The notes beneath the pieces are model-generated. The model had not been told where the DNA came from, searched no databases, and saw only the letters and a program-made list of their open reading frames with translations. Of a DNA stretch of 64,000 bases, positions 1-10,924 are shown one piece after another; position 1 is the first letter of the stretch, and each line of letters opens with the position of its first letter. This stretch comes from an uncultured Gammaproteobacteria bacterium (GTDB lineage Bacteria; Patescibacteriota; Microgenomatia; JALYQM01), in NCBI GenBank assembly GCA_964403585.1, contig CAYOFQ010000001.1, positions 648,630 to 712,629 on the forward strand, read 5' to 3'. Made by a program: the position numbers and the translations under genes.

Positions 1-23
1 CAATTCACCAGTATAGTACAGAC

Positions 24-929
24 TTAGGAACACGTAAAGGTAAAGGTATTGCCGGCGTGAATTACCCCCGGCTTAATGAGCTTGTTTTGAGTTGCAATTG
101 AATTCCAGGCGTAGCCGTTATTGCATTTATCCCGGGCAATGCTCCACAAGGAGTCTCCATGGACGACGGTGTACGTGATACTTCCTGCAGGTGTTTGAGG
201 AGCAGGAGTTGTTACCGATGCACCACCGACTGCCGGAGATACGGATGTCTGCGGTTTCGCAGTGGAGGCAGGTGTCGCTTGAGCAATTTGACTCTTATCG
301 GTTGATGTTGCTGAAATAAGTTCGACCTTTGGCACAGTTAAGACCTGACCTTTCTCAAGGGTGTAGACGCCGGCTAATTTATTGGCAGTAGCAATTTGCT
401 TCCACTCATAACCGGTGCCATAAAAGCGCTCTGCTAGCTTCCAGAGCGAGTCACCATTCTGCACGGTATAGGTAGCCGGAAGTGTTTTTGAATCAGCTCC
501 GCCGACTGCCGGTGCAGGAGAAGTTGTTGCTTGAGCTACCTGAGTAGGCTTTGGCGATTCGCTTGGTTTTGCAGTTGCGGTTGCTTTAGCAATTTCGGTC
601 GGTTTCGCTGTAGCAGTTGCCTTAGGTGTGGCTGTTGGTTTCGGTGTTTCGGTTGGTTTGACTGTCGTTGTAGCTTTGGGGGTGGAAGTAGGCACTTTTG
701 TAGCTTGGGCAATCGATTTGGGTGAACCGCTTACCGATGCAATCTTAGCTGTGTCGCTCGGCATTGATGATGAGACTGCTACTGACTTTTGAGTTTGTTC
801 TTTCAATAAATTCGGGGTTTGGTTGTTGAAATAATTAAACAGTAAGATACCCGAAACTACGACGACCAAAGCACCCAATCCCATACTGATCAGGGAATCA
901 TCCCATTTTTTACCGGTATCTTCTGACAT
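24..929 (-). CDS. LysM-domain secreted/membrane-anchored protein (two LysM repeats, Thr/Pro-rich linker)
   Basis: N-terminal TM helix, long T/P/A-rich low-complexity linker, and two LysM motifs (YTVQNGDSLWKLAERFYG..., YTVVHGDSLWSIARDKCNNG...). The track ORF begins at 941, but the in-frame ATG at 929 has a GGAGG SD 6 nt upstream, so 929 is the preferred start. Confidence 0.8.
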   Translation of the reverse strand: MSEDTGKKWDDSLISMGLGALVVVVSGILLFNYFNNQTPNLLKEQTQKSVAVSSSMPSDTAKIASVSGSPKSIAQATKVPTSTPKATTTVKPTETPKPTATPKATATAKPTEIAKATATAKPSESPKPTQVAQATTSPAPAVGGADSKTLPATYTVQNGDSLWKLAERFYGTGYEWKQIATANKLAGVYTLEKGQVLTVPKVELISATSTDKSQIAQATPASTAKPQTSVSPAVGGASVTTPAPQTPAGSITYTVVHGDSLWSIARDKCNNGYAWNSIATQNKLIKPGVIHAGNTFTFTCS

Positions 930-977
930 AAAAACCTCCAAAAAAGTATAGAGGGCAGAAGGTAAGTAAATTATTTG

Positions 978-1051
978 CGGACCCGAGCGGATTCGAACCG
1001 CCGGTCTTCGCCGTGACAGGGCGACGTGTTAGGCCTCTACACCACGGGTCC
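978..1051 (-). tRNA. tRNA-Asp (anticodon GTC)
   Basis: Reverse complement folds as a cloverleaf: acceptor GGACCCG/CGGGTCC, D-stem GTGT/ACAC, anticodon stem TCGCC/GGCGA with loop CTGTCAC, T-loop TTCGAAT. No encoded CCA. Confidence 0.85.
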
Positions 1052-1214
1052 AATAAATGCGAGATTAACATAATTACATTCTCGCGTCAATAAAGCAATA
1101 ACGCAGCAGACAAAAGTTGACGTGAAAAATTATGTGAAAATTATTATATTTGCAATTTCCGGCATTCTCGATATACTTATTATAATTATTATAGAGACAG
1201 GGGAGTCTATTTTT

Positions 1215-1778
1215 ATGACACCGCTTTTGATTGTGTTAGCGTTGGTCGTTATTGTTCTATTATATATCTGGTCGCTCTACAATGGCCTGGTTGTTGCTAA
1301 GAAAAGGGTCGAAGTATCGTGGAACGATATCGATATCCAGTTGAAGAAACGGTACGATTTGCTTCCTGACCTGGTTGAAACAGCCAAAAAAGCAGCGAAT
1401 CTCGACGAGAGTATTTTTACCAAAGTTGCCCAGGTGCGTTCACAGGCGATGAGTACTGCCTCAACAACTGCAGATCCAACCGTTCGTGCACAGATTGAAA
1501 GCCAACTAAGTTCGGCAATAAACGGATTGCGCGTAGCAGTTGAAGCCTATCCTGACATTAAGTCTCATACCGAACTGCTCAATCTAATGAACCTTAACCG
1601 GGACATTGAAGATAAAATTGCCTATTCACGTCAGTTCTACAATCAAAATGTTTTGGACTATAACACCAAGATTGCGGTCTTCCCGGCAGTGCTTTTTGCA
1701 CCGTCGATGGGCTTCCTGCCGGCCAAGGCCTTTGAAGCTCAGGCTTCCGAGCGCGAGGATGTAAAGGTGACCTTTTAA
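1215..1778 (+). CDS. lemA: LemA family protein
   Basis: Single N-terminal TM followed by the LemA-typical region (NDIDIQLKKRYDLLPDLVETAKKAANLDE...). The track start at 1122 is GTG; the ATG at 1215 is preceded by a GGGGAG SD, so 1215 is used. Confidence 0.8.
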   Translation: MTPLLIVLALVVIVLLYIWSLYNGLVVAKKRVEVSWNDIDIQLKKRYDLLPDLVETAKKAANLDESIFTKVAQVRSQAMSTASTTADPTVRAQIESQLSSAINGLRVAVEAYPDIKSHTELLNLMNLNRDIEDKIAYSRQFYNQNVLDYNTKIAVFPAVLFAPSMGFLPAKAFEAQASEREDVKVTF

Positions 1779-1923
1779 GCGTCGTGAGCTTAACAGGTCA
1801 TCCTGAGAGAAACGAAGGATTTTCTTAGTTTAAACGAAACCTTTATCCCGGAACGAAGTGAACGGGATTACCTTAGCTTAAGCGACGTCAGCTTAAAATG
1901 TCATCCCGGAACACAGTGAGATT
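1778..1923 (+). repeat. Imperfect direct repeats (about 43 nt units, 103 bp period, plus an internal partial copy) in the lemA-htpX intergenic region
   Basis: Unit A agcgtcgtgagcttaacaggtcatcctgagagaaacgaaggatt (1778-1821) and unit B agcgacgtcagcttaaaatgtcatcccggaacacagtgagatt (1881-1923) are about 80% identical. A third partial copy, tatcccggaacgaagtgaacgggatta, lies between them. Confidence 0.6.
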
Positions 1924-1988
1924 ACTTGAGGAAGAATCTAGAGTTTAAATTCTCATTAATTTCTCAGTAAATCGGGTATAATAAAGAT

Positions 1989-2909
1989 ATGGCTCTACCA
2001 ACCGTTTACAACCAAATCACCGACAATAAGAATAAGACCTATTATCTAATGGGCGGGTTTGTTCTATTCATTTGTCTCGTGCTGTGGATTTTTGCCCGGG
2101 CAATGAACTTCGGCTCGGTCGATGCGCTTGGTGTAGTCGGTATCGCGTTTATTATTACCGGAATTATCAATCTCTTTTCCTACTACTATTCGGATAAGGT
2201 TGTACTTGGACTTTCCGGGGCCAAAGAAATCACTGAGCGGGACAATCCGGACTTATACCATCTGGTTGAGAACCTGAGTATCGGCGCCGGAGTTCCGGTG
2301 CCCAAAATTTATGTCATCGACGACTCGGCGCCAAATGCTTTCGCAACCGGCCGTGATCCGCAACATGCCTCGATTGCCTTTACAACCGGCATCATACAAA
2401 AGCTTGAACGTGCCGAACTCGAAGGAGTTGCCGCTCATGAGTTGAGCCACGTCCGTAACTATGACACCTTATATATGACCATTGTCGTCATTCTGGTCGG
2501 AATGATTGCGCTCGTGGCGGATATTTTTATGCGCTCACTGTGGTATGGAGGGCGCGGTCGCCGTGACGATAATAGTGGGGCAGGGAGCGGTGCGGGACTG
2601 TTCCTCCTTCTTGGAATAGTCTTCGCGGTACTTTCTCCGCTTATCGCCAACCTGATCAAGCTGGCCGTATCACGACAGCGTGAATACCTGGCCGATGCTT
2701 CGGCAGCTTTACTTACCAGGCATCCGGAAGGGTTAGCTAAAGCACTCATTAAGATTGACACCGATCGGGAACCGCTGGAAGTGGCCAACAAAGCCACCGC
2801 TCATATGTATATTGTGAATCCCCTGAAAGACTGGTCGGGAAAGCTAAACAATCTTTTTTCCACTCATCCGCCGATAAATGAGCGTGTAGCTCGACTACGT
2901 CAAATGTAG
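1989..2909 (+). CDS. htpX: HtpX-like M48 zinc metalloprotease
   Basis: Multi-TM protein with an HELSHV (HExxH) motif and a C-terminal NPxxSTHPP-like region; overall M48/HtpX architecture. TATAAT at 1977-1982 sits 6 nt before the ATG, suggesting a possibly leaderless transcript. Confidence 0.85.
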   Translation: MALPTVYNQITDNKNKTYYLMGGFVLFICLVLWIFARAMNFGSVDALGVVGIAFIITGIINLFSYYYSDKVVLGLSGAKEITERDNPDLYHLVENLSIGAGVPVPKIYVIDDSAPNAFATGRDPQHASIAFTTGIIQKLERAELEGVAAHELSHVRNYDTLYMTIVVILVGMIALVADIFMRSLWYGGRGRRDDNSGAGSGAGLFLLLGIVFAVLSPLIANLIKLAVSRQREYLADASAALLTRHPEGLAKALIKIDTDREPLEVANKATAHMYIVNPLKDWSGKLNNLFSTHPPINERVARLRQM

Positions 2910-3119
2910 ATTCAATCCTATAATATTTCCCTTTATTGAGTAGCCTTTGTCATCTTGCCTTTATTGGCCGGCGTAGTAGAATCGCTTCATGGACGACGGT
3001 ATTGAAGAAATAGAAGAATACGATATAGATTACTGGGTCCTACTGTTCTCGTAGGCCCTTCCCAAACTGTGCTGGATAGCATAAAATAAAGCCTATTGTT
3101 TACTATACGAGACTCACTT

Positions 3120-3410
3120 ATGTCACTTACCAGAGACGACGTACTTCACATTGCTAAATTATCCCGAATTAAATTAACCGACGCCGAAGTAGAGAAATTC
3201 AAGGACCAGCTTTCGGCGGTACTTGGCTATATCGACAAACTAAACGAAATTGATACTTCCGGAATCGAACCGACTATTAACACCACCGGTATAATCGACC
3301 GGATGCGGGAAGATGAGTTAAAACCATCATTTACCCAGGAAGAAGCTTTGGCAAACTCACAACAGACGTATAACGGTTTTTTTGCAGTGCCCAATGTATT
3401 TGAAAATTAG
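3120..3410 (+). CDS. gatC: Asp/Glu-tRNA amidotransferase subunit C
   Basis: About 96 aa with the GatC motif (LTRDDVLHIAKLSRIKLTDAEVEKFKDQLSAVLGYIDKLNEIDTSGIEPT). The track start at 3096 is TTG; the first ATG is at 3120. Followed directly by gatA and gatB. Confidence 0.85.
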   Translation: MSLTRDDVLHIAKLSRIKLTDAEVEKFKDQLSAVLGYIDKLNEIDTSGIEPTINTTGIIDRMREDELKPSFTQEEALANSQQTYNGFFAVPNVFEN

Positions 3411-3418
3411 GAGAATGA

Positions 3419-4882
3419 ATGGATACTAAAACGCTTACCATCAAAAAAGCGCATGAAGCACTCGCGCGAAAAGAAGTTTCCTCAGTTGAGTTGACTAAGA
3501 CCTTTCTCGATAAAATCAAAAAAAATAACGAAAAGTATAACGTATACTTAACTGTTACAGAAGAAAAAGCACTGGAACAGGCCAGAAAAGTCGATTCCCG
3601 GATCGCTGCGGGAGAACAGCTTTCACCAGTAACAGGTATACCGGCGTCTATCAAGGACGTGTTTATTACTAAAGAAGTCCGAACAACGGCTTCTTCTAAA
3701 ATGCTCGACAAATTTGTTCCCCCGTACGAATCCACTACCACAACCCGCCTGTTGGACAACGGCATGGTCATGCTTGGAAAAACCAATTGTGATGCCTATG
3801 CGTTCGGGGCGTCTACCGAAAACTCCGGCTATGGTCCAACTAAAAACCCCTGGAATGAGCAAAAGGTACCGGGAGGCTCAAGTGGCGGAGCTGCAGCATC
3901 CGTAGCAGCCGATATGGCTCTCTATGCAATTGGAACTGATACGGGTGGATCGATCCGCCAGCCGGCGGCTTTGTGTGGTGTAACCGGACTCAAGCTTACT
4001 TACGGACGGGCATCCCGCTTTGGCCTGATGGCCATGGCTTCCAGTTTTGACACCCCCGGACCGATAGCCAAAACAGTCGAAGACTGCGCGTTATTGGCAG
4101 AAGCAATTTCGGGGTACGATGAGCGGGATGGTACAACCATTGAATTGGACGTTCCTAAATTTTCACAAAACATTTCACACAGTATCAAAGGCAAAAAGAT
4201 CGGAGTGCTTCAGGAATCATTTGGGGAGGGTGTGGAAGATGGTGTGAAAAAAGCATTTGAAGCTTCTACTAAAGTGCTCAAAGAACTGGGTGCCGAATTA
4301 GTTGATATCTCTCTGCCGAAACTGGCGTACGGAATCGCCGCCTACTATATATTAGTTCCATCGGAAATTTCCTCCAACATGGCCCGCTATGATGGAGTCC
4401 GGTTTGGACACCGGTCAAACAAGGGAAATTCAATGGTTGATCTGCAAATGAATTCACGGGGAGAAGTATTGGAAGATGAAGTAAAACGTCGTATCATGTT
4501 GGGCAACTACGCGCTAAGTTCAGGGTATTATGACGCCTATTATCTTAAAGCAGCCAAAGTTCGTACGGTAATTAAACATGAATTTCACCAGGCCTTCGAA
4601 AAACTGGACGCGATTATTTGTCCAACCAGCCCGACCGTTGCCTTTGATATCGGCTCTAAAGCCGACGATCCTTTAGCAATGTACCTGGCCGATATCTTTA
4701 CCTGTCCGGTCAATATCGCCGGTATTCCGGGGCTTTCTGTCCCATGCGGATTCTCCGATGGATTACCGGTTGGACTCCAGATTATTGGTAAGGCTTTTGA
4801 CGAAGAAACAATTTTGCAAATCGGTCACGCCTACGAACAGGCAACTGAATGGCACACAAAATTCCCGGAGGTAGCAGCATGA
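3419..4882 (+). CDS. gatA: Glutamyl-tRNA(Gln) amidotransferase subunit A (amidase signature family)
   Basis: Amidase signature GGSSGGAAASVAA and the conserved GatA core; SD aggag 7 nt upstream. Stop overlaps the gatB start in an ATGA junction. Confidence 0.93.
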   Translation: MDTKTLTIKKAHEALARKEVSSVELTKTFLDKIKKNNEKYNVYLTVTEEKALEQARKVDSRIAAGEQLSPVTGIPASIKDVFITKEVRTTASSKMLDKFVPPYESTTTTRLLDNGMVMLGKTNCDAYAFGASTENSGYGPTKNPWNEQKVPGGSSGGAAASVAADMALYAIGTDTGGSIRQPAALCGVTGLKLTYGRASRFGLMAMASSFDTPGPIAKTVEDCALLAEAISGYDERDGTTIELDVPKFSQNISHSIKGKKIGVLQESFGEGVEDGVKKAFEASTKVLKELGAELVDISLPKLAYGIAAYYILVPSEISSNMARYDGVRFGHRSNKGNSMVDLQMNSRGEVLEDEVKRRIMLGNYALSSGYYDAYYLKAAKVRTVIKHEFHQAFEKLDAIICPTSPTVAFDIGSKADDPLAMYLADIFTCPVNIAGIPGLSVPCGFSDGLPVGLQIIGKAFDEETILQIGHAYEQATEWHTKFPEVAA

Positions 4883-6339
4883 AATATCAGCCGATAATCG
4901 GATTAGAAGTTCACGTCGAGTTAAATACGCAGTCAAAAATGTTCTGCTCGTGCAGTGCCGAACACTTCGCCGTAGCCCCCAACACCCATACGTGCCCAAC
5001 CTGTCTTGGTTTGCCCGGGGCCTTACCGGTTGTCAACAAAGCCGCTTGTGAATATTGTCTAAAAATTGGACTGGCGCTCAATTGCGAGCTACTTGATAAT
5101 GCGGTATTCGCGCGTAAACACTACGCGTATCCCGATCTGGCAAAGGGATTCCAAATCTCGCAATACGAATTACCGTTTTGTGTAAACGGGTGGATCGAAG
5201 TCGGAGGTCGCCAAATCCGGATTAAGCGCGTCCATATGGAAGAAGATACCGGCAAGCTCCAGCATGAAAATGTAAATGGCAAGAATATGTCGCTGGTGGA
5301 TTTTAACCGTTCAGGAGTGCCGCTCGTCGAAATAGTCACCGAAGCAGATTTCCGTTCAGCTGAAGAGGTTGAAGAATATGCGCGCAAGCTCCAGCAGTTA
5401 ATGCGCTATCTTAATGTCTCAACTGCCGATATGGAAAAAGGTTCAATGCGTTTTGAAGCCAACATCTCAGTTCTAAAGACTGATGAGGATATTACAGATA
5501 AGATCCTTGAAGACCGTGAACTGCCTAAGTTTAAGGTTGAAGTAAAAAATCTTAATTCTTTTAAAGCCTTGTCCGGGGCAGTTCGCTACGAAACAAAAGA
5601 ACAGGGTGAAACGCTTGATGCCGGAAAAATACCCAGCCAGGAGACAAAAGGTTGGGATGACATAAAACAAAAAACAGTTTCTCAGCGGGAAAAAGAAGAT
5701 GCTCATGATTACCGGTATTTCCCTGATCCGGACATCTCACCGATGCTCTGGATGGAGCCAACAAAGAATGACTTATTAAAAAGTTTGCCCGAACTACCCT
5801 GGGAAAAGAAGAAGCGATTTATGGAGGACCTCGGTCTCTCTGACTATGATGCATCGTTACTTACCGACGACCAGGCGTTCGCAGCCTTTTTTGAGTGCGG
5901 ACTTGCCAAAAATAAAGCCCACGCTAAAAAACTCTCCAACTGGTTACTCGGCGAGTTCCTTCGACTGAAAAACATTCACGGCACAACCCTTGATCAGGTA
6001 AAATTCACCGCTGCGGATATCGCCGAAATAATTGAGCTGGTTGATGCCCAAAAAGTTTCCTCAACCAATGCCAAGGTTATTTTTGAAGAGCTTTTTCTCA
6101 ATGGCGGCCATCCGGCCAAAATCATGACCGATAAAGGATTGGAACAAATCACCGATACCGCTGCTGTGGAAACGGTTGTGAAAAAGGTCATTAATGAACA
6201 GCCCAAAGCAGTCGCCGATTATAAAGGTGGGAAAACAACAGTGATCCAGTTTCTGATCGGTATGGTCATGAAAGAACTTAAAGGAAAAGGTACGGTCGAA
6301 ACAATCCGGGAGTACTTGGAGAAAAATCTCGCAGAGTAG
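4879..6339 (+). CDS. gatB: Asp/Glu-tRNA amidotransferase subunit B
   Basis: MKYQPIIGLEVHVELNTQSKMFCSC... typical GatB N-terminus and C-terminal GatB/YqeY domain. GGAGG SD precedes the ATG at 4879; the track start at 4849 lies inside gatA. Confidence 0.93.
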   Translation: MKYQPIIGLEVHVELNTQSKMFCSCSAEHFAVAPNTHTCPTCLGLPGALPVVNKAACEYCLKIGLALNCELLDNAVFARKHYAYPDLAKGFQISQYELPFCVNGWIEVGGRQIRIKRVHMEEDTGKLQHENVNGKNMSLVDFNRSGVPLVEIVTEADFRSAEEVEEYARKLQQLMRYLNVSTADMEKGSMRFEANISVLKTDEDITDKILEDRELPKFKVEVKNLNSFKALSGAVRYETKEQGETLDAGKIPSQETKGWDDIKQKTVSQREKEDAHDYRYFPDPDISPMLWMEPTKNDLLKSLPELPWEKKKRFMEDLGLSDYDASLLTDDQAFAAFFECGLAKNKAHAKKLSNWLLGEFLRLKNIHGTTLDQVKFTAADIAEIIELVDAQKVSSTNAKVIFEELFLNGGHPAKIMTDKGLEQITDTAAVETVVKKVINEQPKAVADYKGGKTTVIQFLIGMVMKELKGKGTVETIREYLEKNLAE

Positions 6340-6488
6340 CTGCAATAAGCATTCCCACTGCAGAAAATTCATTTTTCGAACAAACTTTTATCCTTTTATT
6401 TTTCCCCGCAAAAATCATACAATAATCATAAGTTCCATTAAAATTATTCAAGCGTAGAGCTGGATTTAGTTTAAAGGAAGCCATAAAT

Positions 6489-9400
6489 ATGGGTGACTTT
6501 GTTCATTTGCATGTCCACACCGAATACTCCTTACTCGACGGACTCTCCAAAATTAAAGATGCCATCAAACACATTAAAAAGCATGGCATGGATGCCCTGG
6601 CCATTACGGATCATGGTTCAATGTTTGGAGTAGTTGATTTTTATAAAGCCTGTTTAAAGGAAGAAATTAAACCGATCATTGGGGTAGAAACGTACGTGGC
6701 CCGTCGTGCCCATAATCTCAAGGAAGGCCGCCAGGATGCTGAACCGTATCACCTCTTGTTGCTCGCCAAGAATTACACCGGATATAAGAACCTGATGAAA
6801 ATGATTTCCATTGCGCATATTGAAGGGTATTACTATCGTCCTCGTGTGGACAAAGCCTTACTCCGGGAATTTCATGAAGGTATTATTGCAACCTCCGCAT
6901 GTCTGGCCAATGACATCGCGCGTGCGCACATCGCGGGCAACTACGACGAAGCCAAGCGCATTGCGCTGGAGTATCAGGAGATTTTCGGTGAGGGAAACTT
7001 TTTCTTGGAAATCCAGCGGCACCACTACCGTGAGTACCTAAAGGAACATACTCCCGGCGATGAAATTTATCAGGATCTCTCGGATACTCAAATTAAAGAA
7101 GATGCCGTGTACAACGGCAATATCCGCCTTTCCCGCGAGACCGGTATCCCTCTTGTATGCACCAACGACTGTCACTATGTGAACCAGGACGATGCTGAAG
7201 CACAGGATTGTCTCATTTGTATTGGTACCGGTAAACAAATGGCCGAGACCACTAAACGGTTGCGTATGGTCGATGCCCGGGCGTACTACCTGGCTACGCC
7301 GGACGAAATGAAAGAATGGTTCAAGGAAGTACCGGAAGCCCTGGAAAATACGGTCAAGATTGCCGAGATGTGTAATCTGGAAATCCCGATTGGCAAATCA
7401 CAATTTCCGATCTTTGAAATTCCCGAAGGGTATACTCCCGACGAATATCTCCGCCACCTCACCTATGAGGGAGCCAAAACCCGACTGGATCTCAATGATC
7501 CGGTTGTTGTGCAGCGGCTAGATTATGAACTGGAAGTTATCAAAATCAAAGGCTATCCGACGTATTTCATGATCGTTGCTGATTTTATGAACTGGGCAAG
7601 CAATAACGGCATCATTACCAATACCCGTGGCTCAGCTGCCGGATCGCTGGTTTCATATGCCATGGGTATCACTTCAGTTAACCCGCTTACCTACAACTTA
7701 CCATTTGAACGATTCCTTAATCCACTTCGTCCATCCACACCGGATATTGATGCCGACATGTCCGACATTCATCGTGACGATCTTATCAACTATGTGAAGG
7801 ATCGCTATGGCCACGATCGGGTCGCGCAGATCGGAACGTTTGGTAAGTTAATGGCCCGTGCTGCAGTTCGTGACGTTGCACGTACCTTAGGAATTCCAAT
7901 CAGCAAAGCCGATAAAATTGCTAAAATGGTTCCGGAGGGATCCCAGGGGTTTGCGATGACACTCACGCGTGCCCTCAACGAATCACCCGAACTGAAACAG
8001 TGGTATGACAGCGACTCGGAAGTCCGCAAAATAATCGATCTGGCAAAAAAAGTTGAAGGAAATGTCCGCAATCCGTCAGTCCATGCAGCCGGCGTCGTTG
8101 TTTCACCGGGACCGATGACCGACTTTACCCCGTTGCGAATAGACGACGGCAAGATAATTACCCAGTATGATATGCACGGCGTTGAAGACGTGGGGCTGGT
8201 AAAGTTCGACTTTCTTGGAATCCGTAACTTGTCTATCCTGGGACTTGCGGTAAAAATGGTGAAGCAGGAAAAAGATATTGAAATTGATCTGCACAAAATT
8301 CCGCTCGACGATCAAAAAACGTTTGATCTTCTTGCCAACGGGCAAACCATGGGGTTGTTCCAGTTAGGCGGATCGGGTATGACCAAATGGCTGGTCGAAC
8401 TCAAGCCCTCCCGTATTGATGATCTCATGGCTATGGTTGCGCTTTTCCGTCCGGGACCAATGGCGATTATCCCCGAATACATTAACCGCCGGTTCCACCC
8501 CGAAGCAGTGACTTACTTTGATCCCCGCATGGAATCATTTCTGAAAATGACCTACGGTCTGATTACCTATCAGGACGACGTTCTGATGTGTGCCATTAAC
8601 ATGGCCGGATACGACTGGCTTGAAGCAGACAAGTTCCGCAAAGCTATGGGTAAAAAAATTCCCGAGGAGATGGCCAAGCAGAAAGAGAAATTTCTCAAAG
8701 GGTATGTCGAATATGGCAAGGATTACGGCGTTACCGATCAAAAAGCCCAGGACCTATGGAAATTGATTGAGCCATTCTCAGCTTACGGATTCAATAAAGC
8801 ACACGCGGCCAGTTACGGTATTGTGGCGTATCAAACAGCTTATATGAAAGCCAACTTTCCGGTTGAGTTTATGATGGCCGTTATGACCTGCGAAGCCGGA
8901 AACATGGAAACCATTACCGAAGCCGTTGCCGAGTGTAAAAACATGGGAATTGAAGTGCTGCCGCCCGATGTTAACAAGTCCGGGATCGGCTTTACCATTG
9001 AAAACAGCAAAGACATCCGTTTTGGATTAAACGCTATTAAAAATGTCGGTGAGGCCGCGGTCGAGGCTATTATCAGGGGCCGCGACGCGCATGGTGATTT
9101 TACCTCTCTATATGACTTTTGTCGTAATGTCGATTTACGTCCGGTTAACAAAAAAACCATCGAATGTTTAATTAAAACCGGTGCCATGGACGCGTATGGT
9201 ACCCGCTCAGCACAATTATCTGTCCTGGAACAAATTATGCAGGCAGCCGGCGCCGAACAAAAAAGCAAAGAATCCGGTCAGTCATCATTATTTGAAATTT
9301 TAGCGGCCGAAGCCACCGAAGACGATCCGAATGCCGGTAATACCGAAATTCCCGTACCTAATTTACCGGAAATCAATAAGAAGGAATTACTGGGGTGGGA

Positions 9401-10208
9401 AAAGGAGTTACTGGGCTTTTACCTGACCGAACACCCATTAAAGGAAGCGCTGGAAAAAATAAATCCGGTAATCAATAAGAAGATCGGCGAAATTTCAATG
9501 GAATCCGACAGCGGCAAATATGTCCGGGTTGGTGGAGCTCTGGCCGAGTGCCGCAAAATAACCACCAAAGCCAGCGGCCAGGAAATGTGTTTTATAACGG
9601 TCGAAGATGATACCGGAAAACATGAAGGTGTGGTTTTCCCGCGACTCTATGCCGAGACAAAATTCTTCTGGGAACAGGATCGTATTCTGATTATGGAAGT
9701 AAAGGTCGAAAACCGCGAGGATAAAATCTCTCTGATTGTTGATAAGGTTTGGGATTTGGACCAGGTTGCGATCATCCCCGAATTCCAGGAGCGGACAGCC
9801 AAGCCCTCCGGCGGGTATGGCGGCGGAAATTGGCCAAAGAAAGGGGAAGGCGGGAGCGACGGAGGATTTACCCGAACTAAAATCAACCCCAATGACTACC
9901 AGATCGCCGACGACGAGCCGGCAGCACCGGCACTCCTTCGTGACAAGCAGAAAGAGGAGCGTAAAACCTCAGTTTCCTTAAAACGCAGTGATGAGGGGTG
10001 TATTGAAGTACTTGTCCCACCGGGAACTACGAAGGAAAAGCTCTCCGAATTAGCCATGTTACTTCGTGAGCATAAAGGACAGGATAAAATGGCCTTGCTG
10101 GTGCCAAATGGCGATGCCGAGCCCAAAAGGATTGAAGTCCCCTATGGCATCCAATACGGTATTGAGCTCAGAGAAATGGTTGAAGACCTCTTCCTTATTC
10201 AAAAATAG
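6489..10208 (+). CDS. dnaE: DNA polymerase III alpha subunit (PHP N-terminal domain) with C-terminal extension
   Basis: PHP motif [13 protein letters not shown], polymerase core and OB-fold region are all present. Length is 1239 aa, with a Gly-rich ([19 protein letters not shown]) and charged C-terminal tail of about 100 aa that is not typical of DnaE. Confidence 0.93.
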   Translation: MGDFVHLHVHTEYSLLDGLSKIKDAIKHIKKHGMDALAITDHGSMFGVVDFYKACLKEEIKPIIGVETYVARRAHNLKEGRQDAEPYHLLLLAKNYTGYKNLMKMISIAHIEGYYYRPRVDKALLREFHEGIIATSACLANDIARAHIAGNYDEAKRIALEYQEIFGEGNFFLEIQRHHYREYLKEHTPGDEIYQDLSDTQIKEDAVYNGNIRLSRETGIPLVCTNDCHYVNQDDAEAQDCLICIGTGKQMAETTKRLRMVDARAYYLATPDEMKEWFKEVPEALENTVKIAEMCNLEIPIGKSQFPIFEIPEGYTPDEYLRHLTYEGAKTRLDLNDPVVVQRLDYELEVIKIKGYPTYFMIVADFMNWASNNGIITNTRGSAAGSLVSYAMGITSVNPLTYNLPFERFLNPLRPSTPDIDADMSDIHRDDLINYVKDRYGHDRVAQIGTFGKLMARAAVRDVARTLGIPISKADKIAKMVPEGSQGFAMTLTRALNESPELKQWYDSDSEVRKIIDLAKKVEGNVRNPSVHAAGVVVSPGPMTDFTPLRIDDGKIITQYDMHGVEDVGLVKFDFLGIRNLSILGLAVKMVKQEKDIEIDLHKIPLDDQKTFDLLANGQTMGLFQLGGSGMTKWLVELKPSRIDDLMAMVALFRPGPMAIIPEYINRRFHPEAVTYFDPRMESFLKMTYGLITYQDDVLMCAINMAGYDWLEADKFRKAMGKKIPEEMAKQKEKFLKGYVEYGKDYGVTDQKAQDLWKLIEPFSAYGFNKAHAASYGIVAYQTAYMKANFPVEFMMAVMTCEAGNMETITEAVAECKNMGIEVLPPDVNKSGIGFTIENSKDIRFGLNAIKNVGEAAVEAIIRGRDAHGDFTSLYDFCRNVDLRPVNKKTIECLIKTGAMDAYGTRSAQLSVLEQIMQAAGAEQKSKESGQSSLFEILAAEATEDDPNAGNTEIPVPNLPEINKKELLGWEKELLGFYLTEHPLKEALEKINPVINKKIGEISMESDSGKYVRVGGALAECRKITTKASGQEMCFITVEDDTGKHEGVVFPRLYAETKFFWEQDRILIMEVKVENREDKISLIVDKVWDLDQVAIIPEFQERTAKPSGGYGGGNWPKKGEGGSDGGFTRTKINPNDYQIADDEPAAPALLRDKQKEERKTSVSLKRSDEGCIEVLVPPGTTKEKLSELAMLLREHKGQDKMALLVPNGDAEPKRIEVPYGIQYGIELREMVEDLFLIQK

Positions 10209-10255
10209 AACTCATTCTTGATTTTATTAGTAGTTATGTTAAAATCTCTATCTAT

Positions 10256-10627
10256 ATGGCATTAACCTTTCAACAAACCAAAGCAGCAACCGTTCGAGAT
10301 TCATCTCATCTTTCCGATTTTCAAGTTGGAGATTCAGTTGTTTTAGACACTAAAATTCAAGAAGGCGATAAGACTCGTGTTCAGAAATTCAAAGGAATCG
10401 TTATCCGAATTTCCGGCCGCGGCGAGAACAAAATGTTCACCGTTCGCCACATAAGTTCAGGTGGAGTTGGTGTTGAAAGAACTTTCCCGATTATTTCACC
10501 CTGGATTCAGAAATTAACCGTTGAAAAGCAAGGCGATGTACGCCGGGCAAAGCTCTACTACCTCCGCGACCGCAAAGGTAAAGCCGCTAAAGTCGTTAAA
10601 GCAAAAAATATTGCTAAAACTGCCTAA
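10256..10627 (+). CDS. rplS: 50S ribosomal protein L19
   Basis: Strong match to the L19 core ([59 protein letters not shown]). Confidence 0.93.
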   Translation: MALTFQQTKAATVRDSSHLSDFQVGDSVVLDTKIQEGDKTRVQKFKGIVIRISGRGENKMFTVRHISSGGVGVERTFPIISPWIQKLTVEKQGDVRRAKLYYLRDRKGKAAKVVKAKNIAKTA

Positions 10628-10647
10628 TACCCGCTATACTGTATGTA

Positions 10648-10917
10648 ATGCTGGCAGTCGGAAATATCCTCATTCTTATCGGATTCATTAAGCTCATCTC
10701 CGGAGAGTATTCCGCACTATTCTGTGCAACGTTTTACGCGATCATCACATTTATATTCCGGTTGATGGTGGGTATTGAATTTGCCGATGCCTTCACGGCT
10801 GCGCTGATCTATTTTGTTACCTCATTGCTCTATTTTTTCTTACTTAAAAAAACACAACACTATCCGCTATTTTGGTGGATAATACTGGTAGGCGGACTCT
10901 TGATCGGTCTTATATAA
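10648..10917 (+). CDS. Small hydrophobic membrane protein (hypothetical)
   Basis: 89 aa with 2-3 predicted TM helices. Lies between rplS and rnhB on the same strand. No recognisable motif. Confidence 0.5.
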   Translation: MLAVGNILILIGFIKLISGEYSALFCATFYAIITFIFRLMVGIEFADAFTAALIYFVTSLLYFFLLKKTQHYPLFWWIILVGGLLIGLI

Positions 10918-10924
10918 TAGAATC

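Noticed and set aside
1778-1923. Possible CRISPR array in the lemA-htpX spacer
   Set aside because: Only two or three imperfect repeat copies with irregular spacing and about 80% identity, and no cas genes. More consistent with regulatory direct repeats.
158-3001. Exact 13-mer catggacgacggt occurring at about 158 and about 2988
   Set aside because: Tens of chance 13-mer matches are expected in a 64-kb window. No extended similarity flanks either copy.
2253-4194. Antisense or alternative-frame ORFs inside htpX and gatA (2253-2450, 2459-2797, 3331-3786, 3623-3862, 3714-3905, 4000-4194)
   Set aside because: Fully embedded in well-supported conserved genes. No start signals or motifs.
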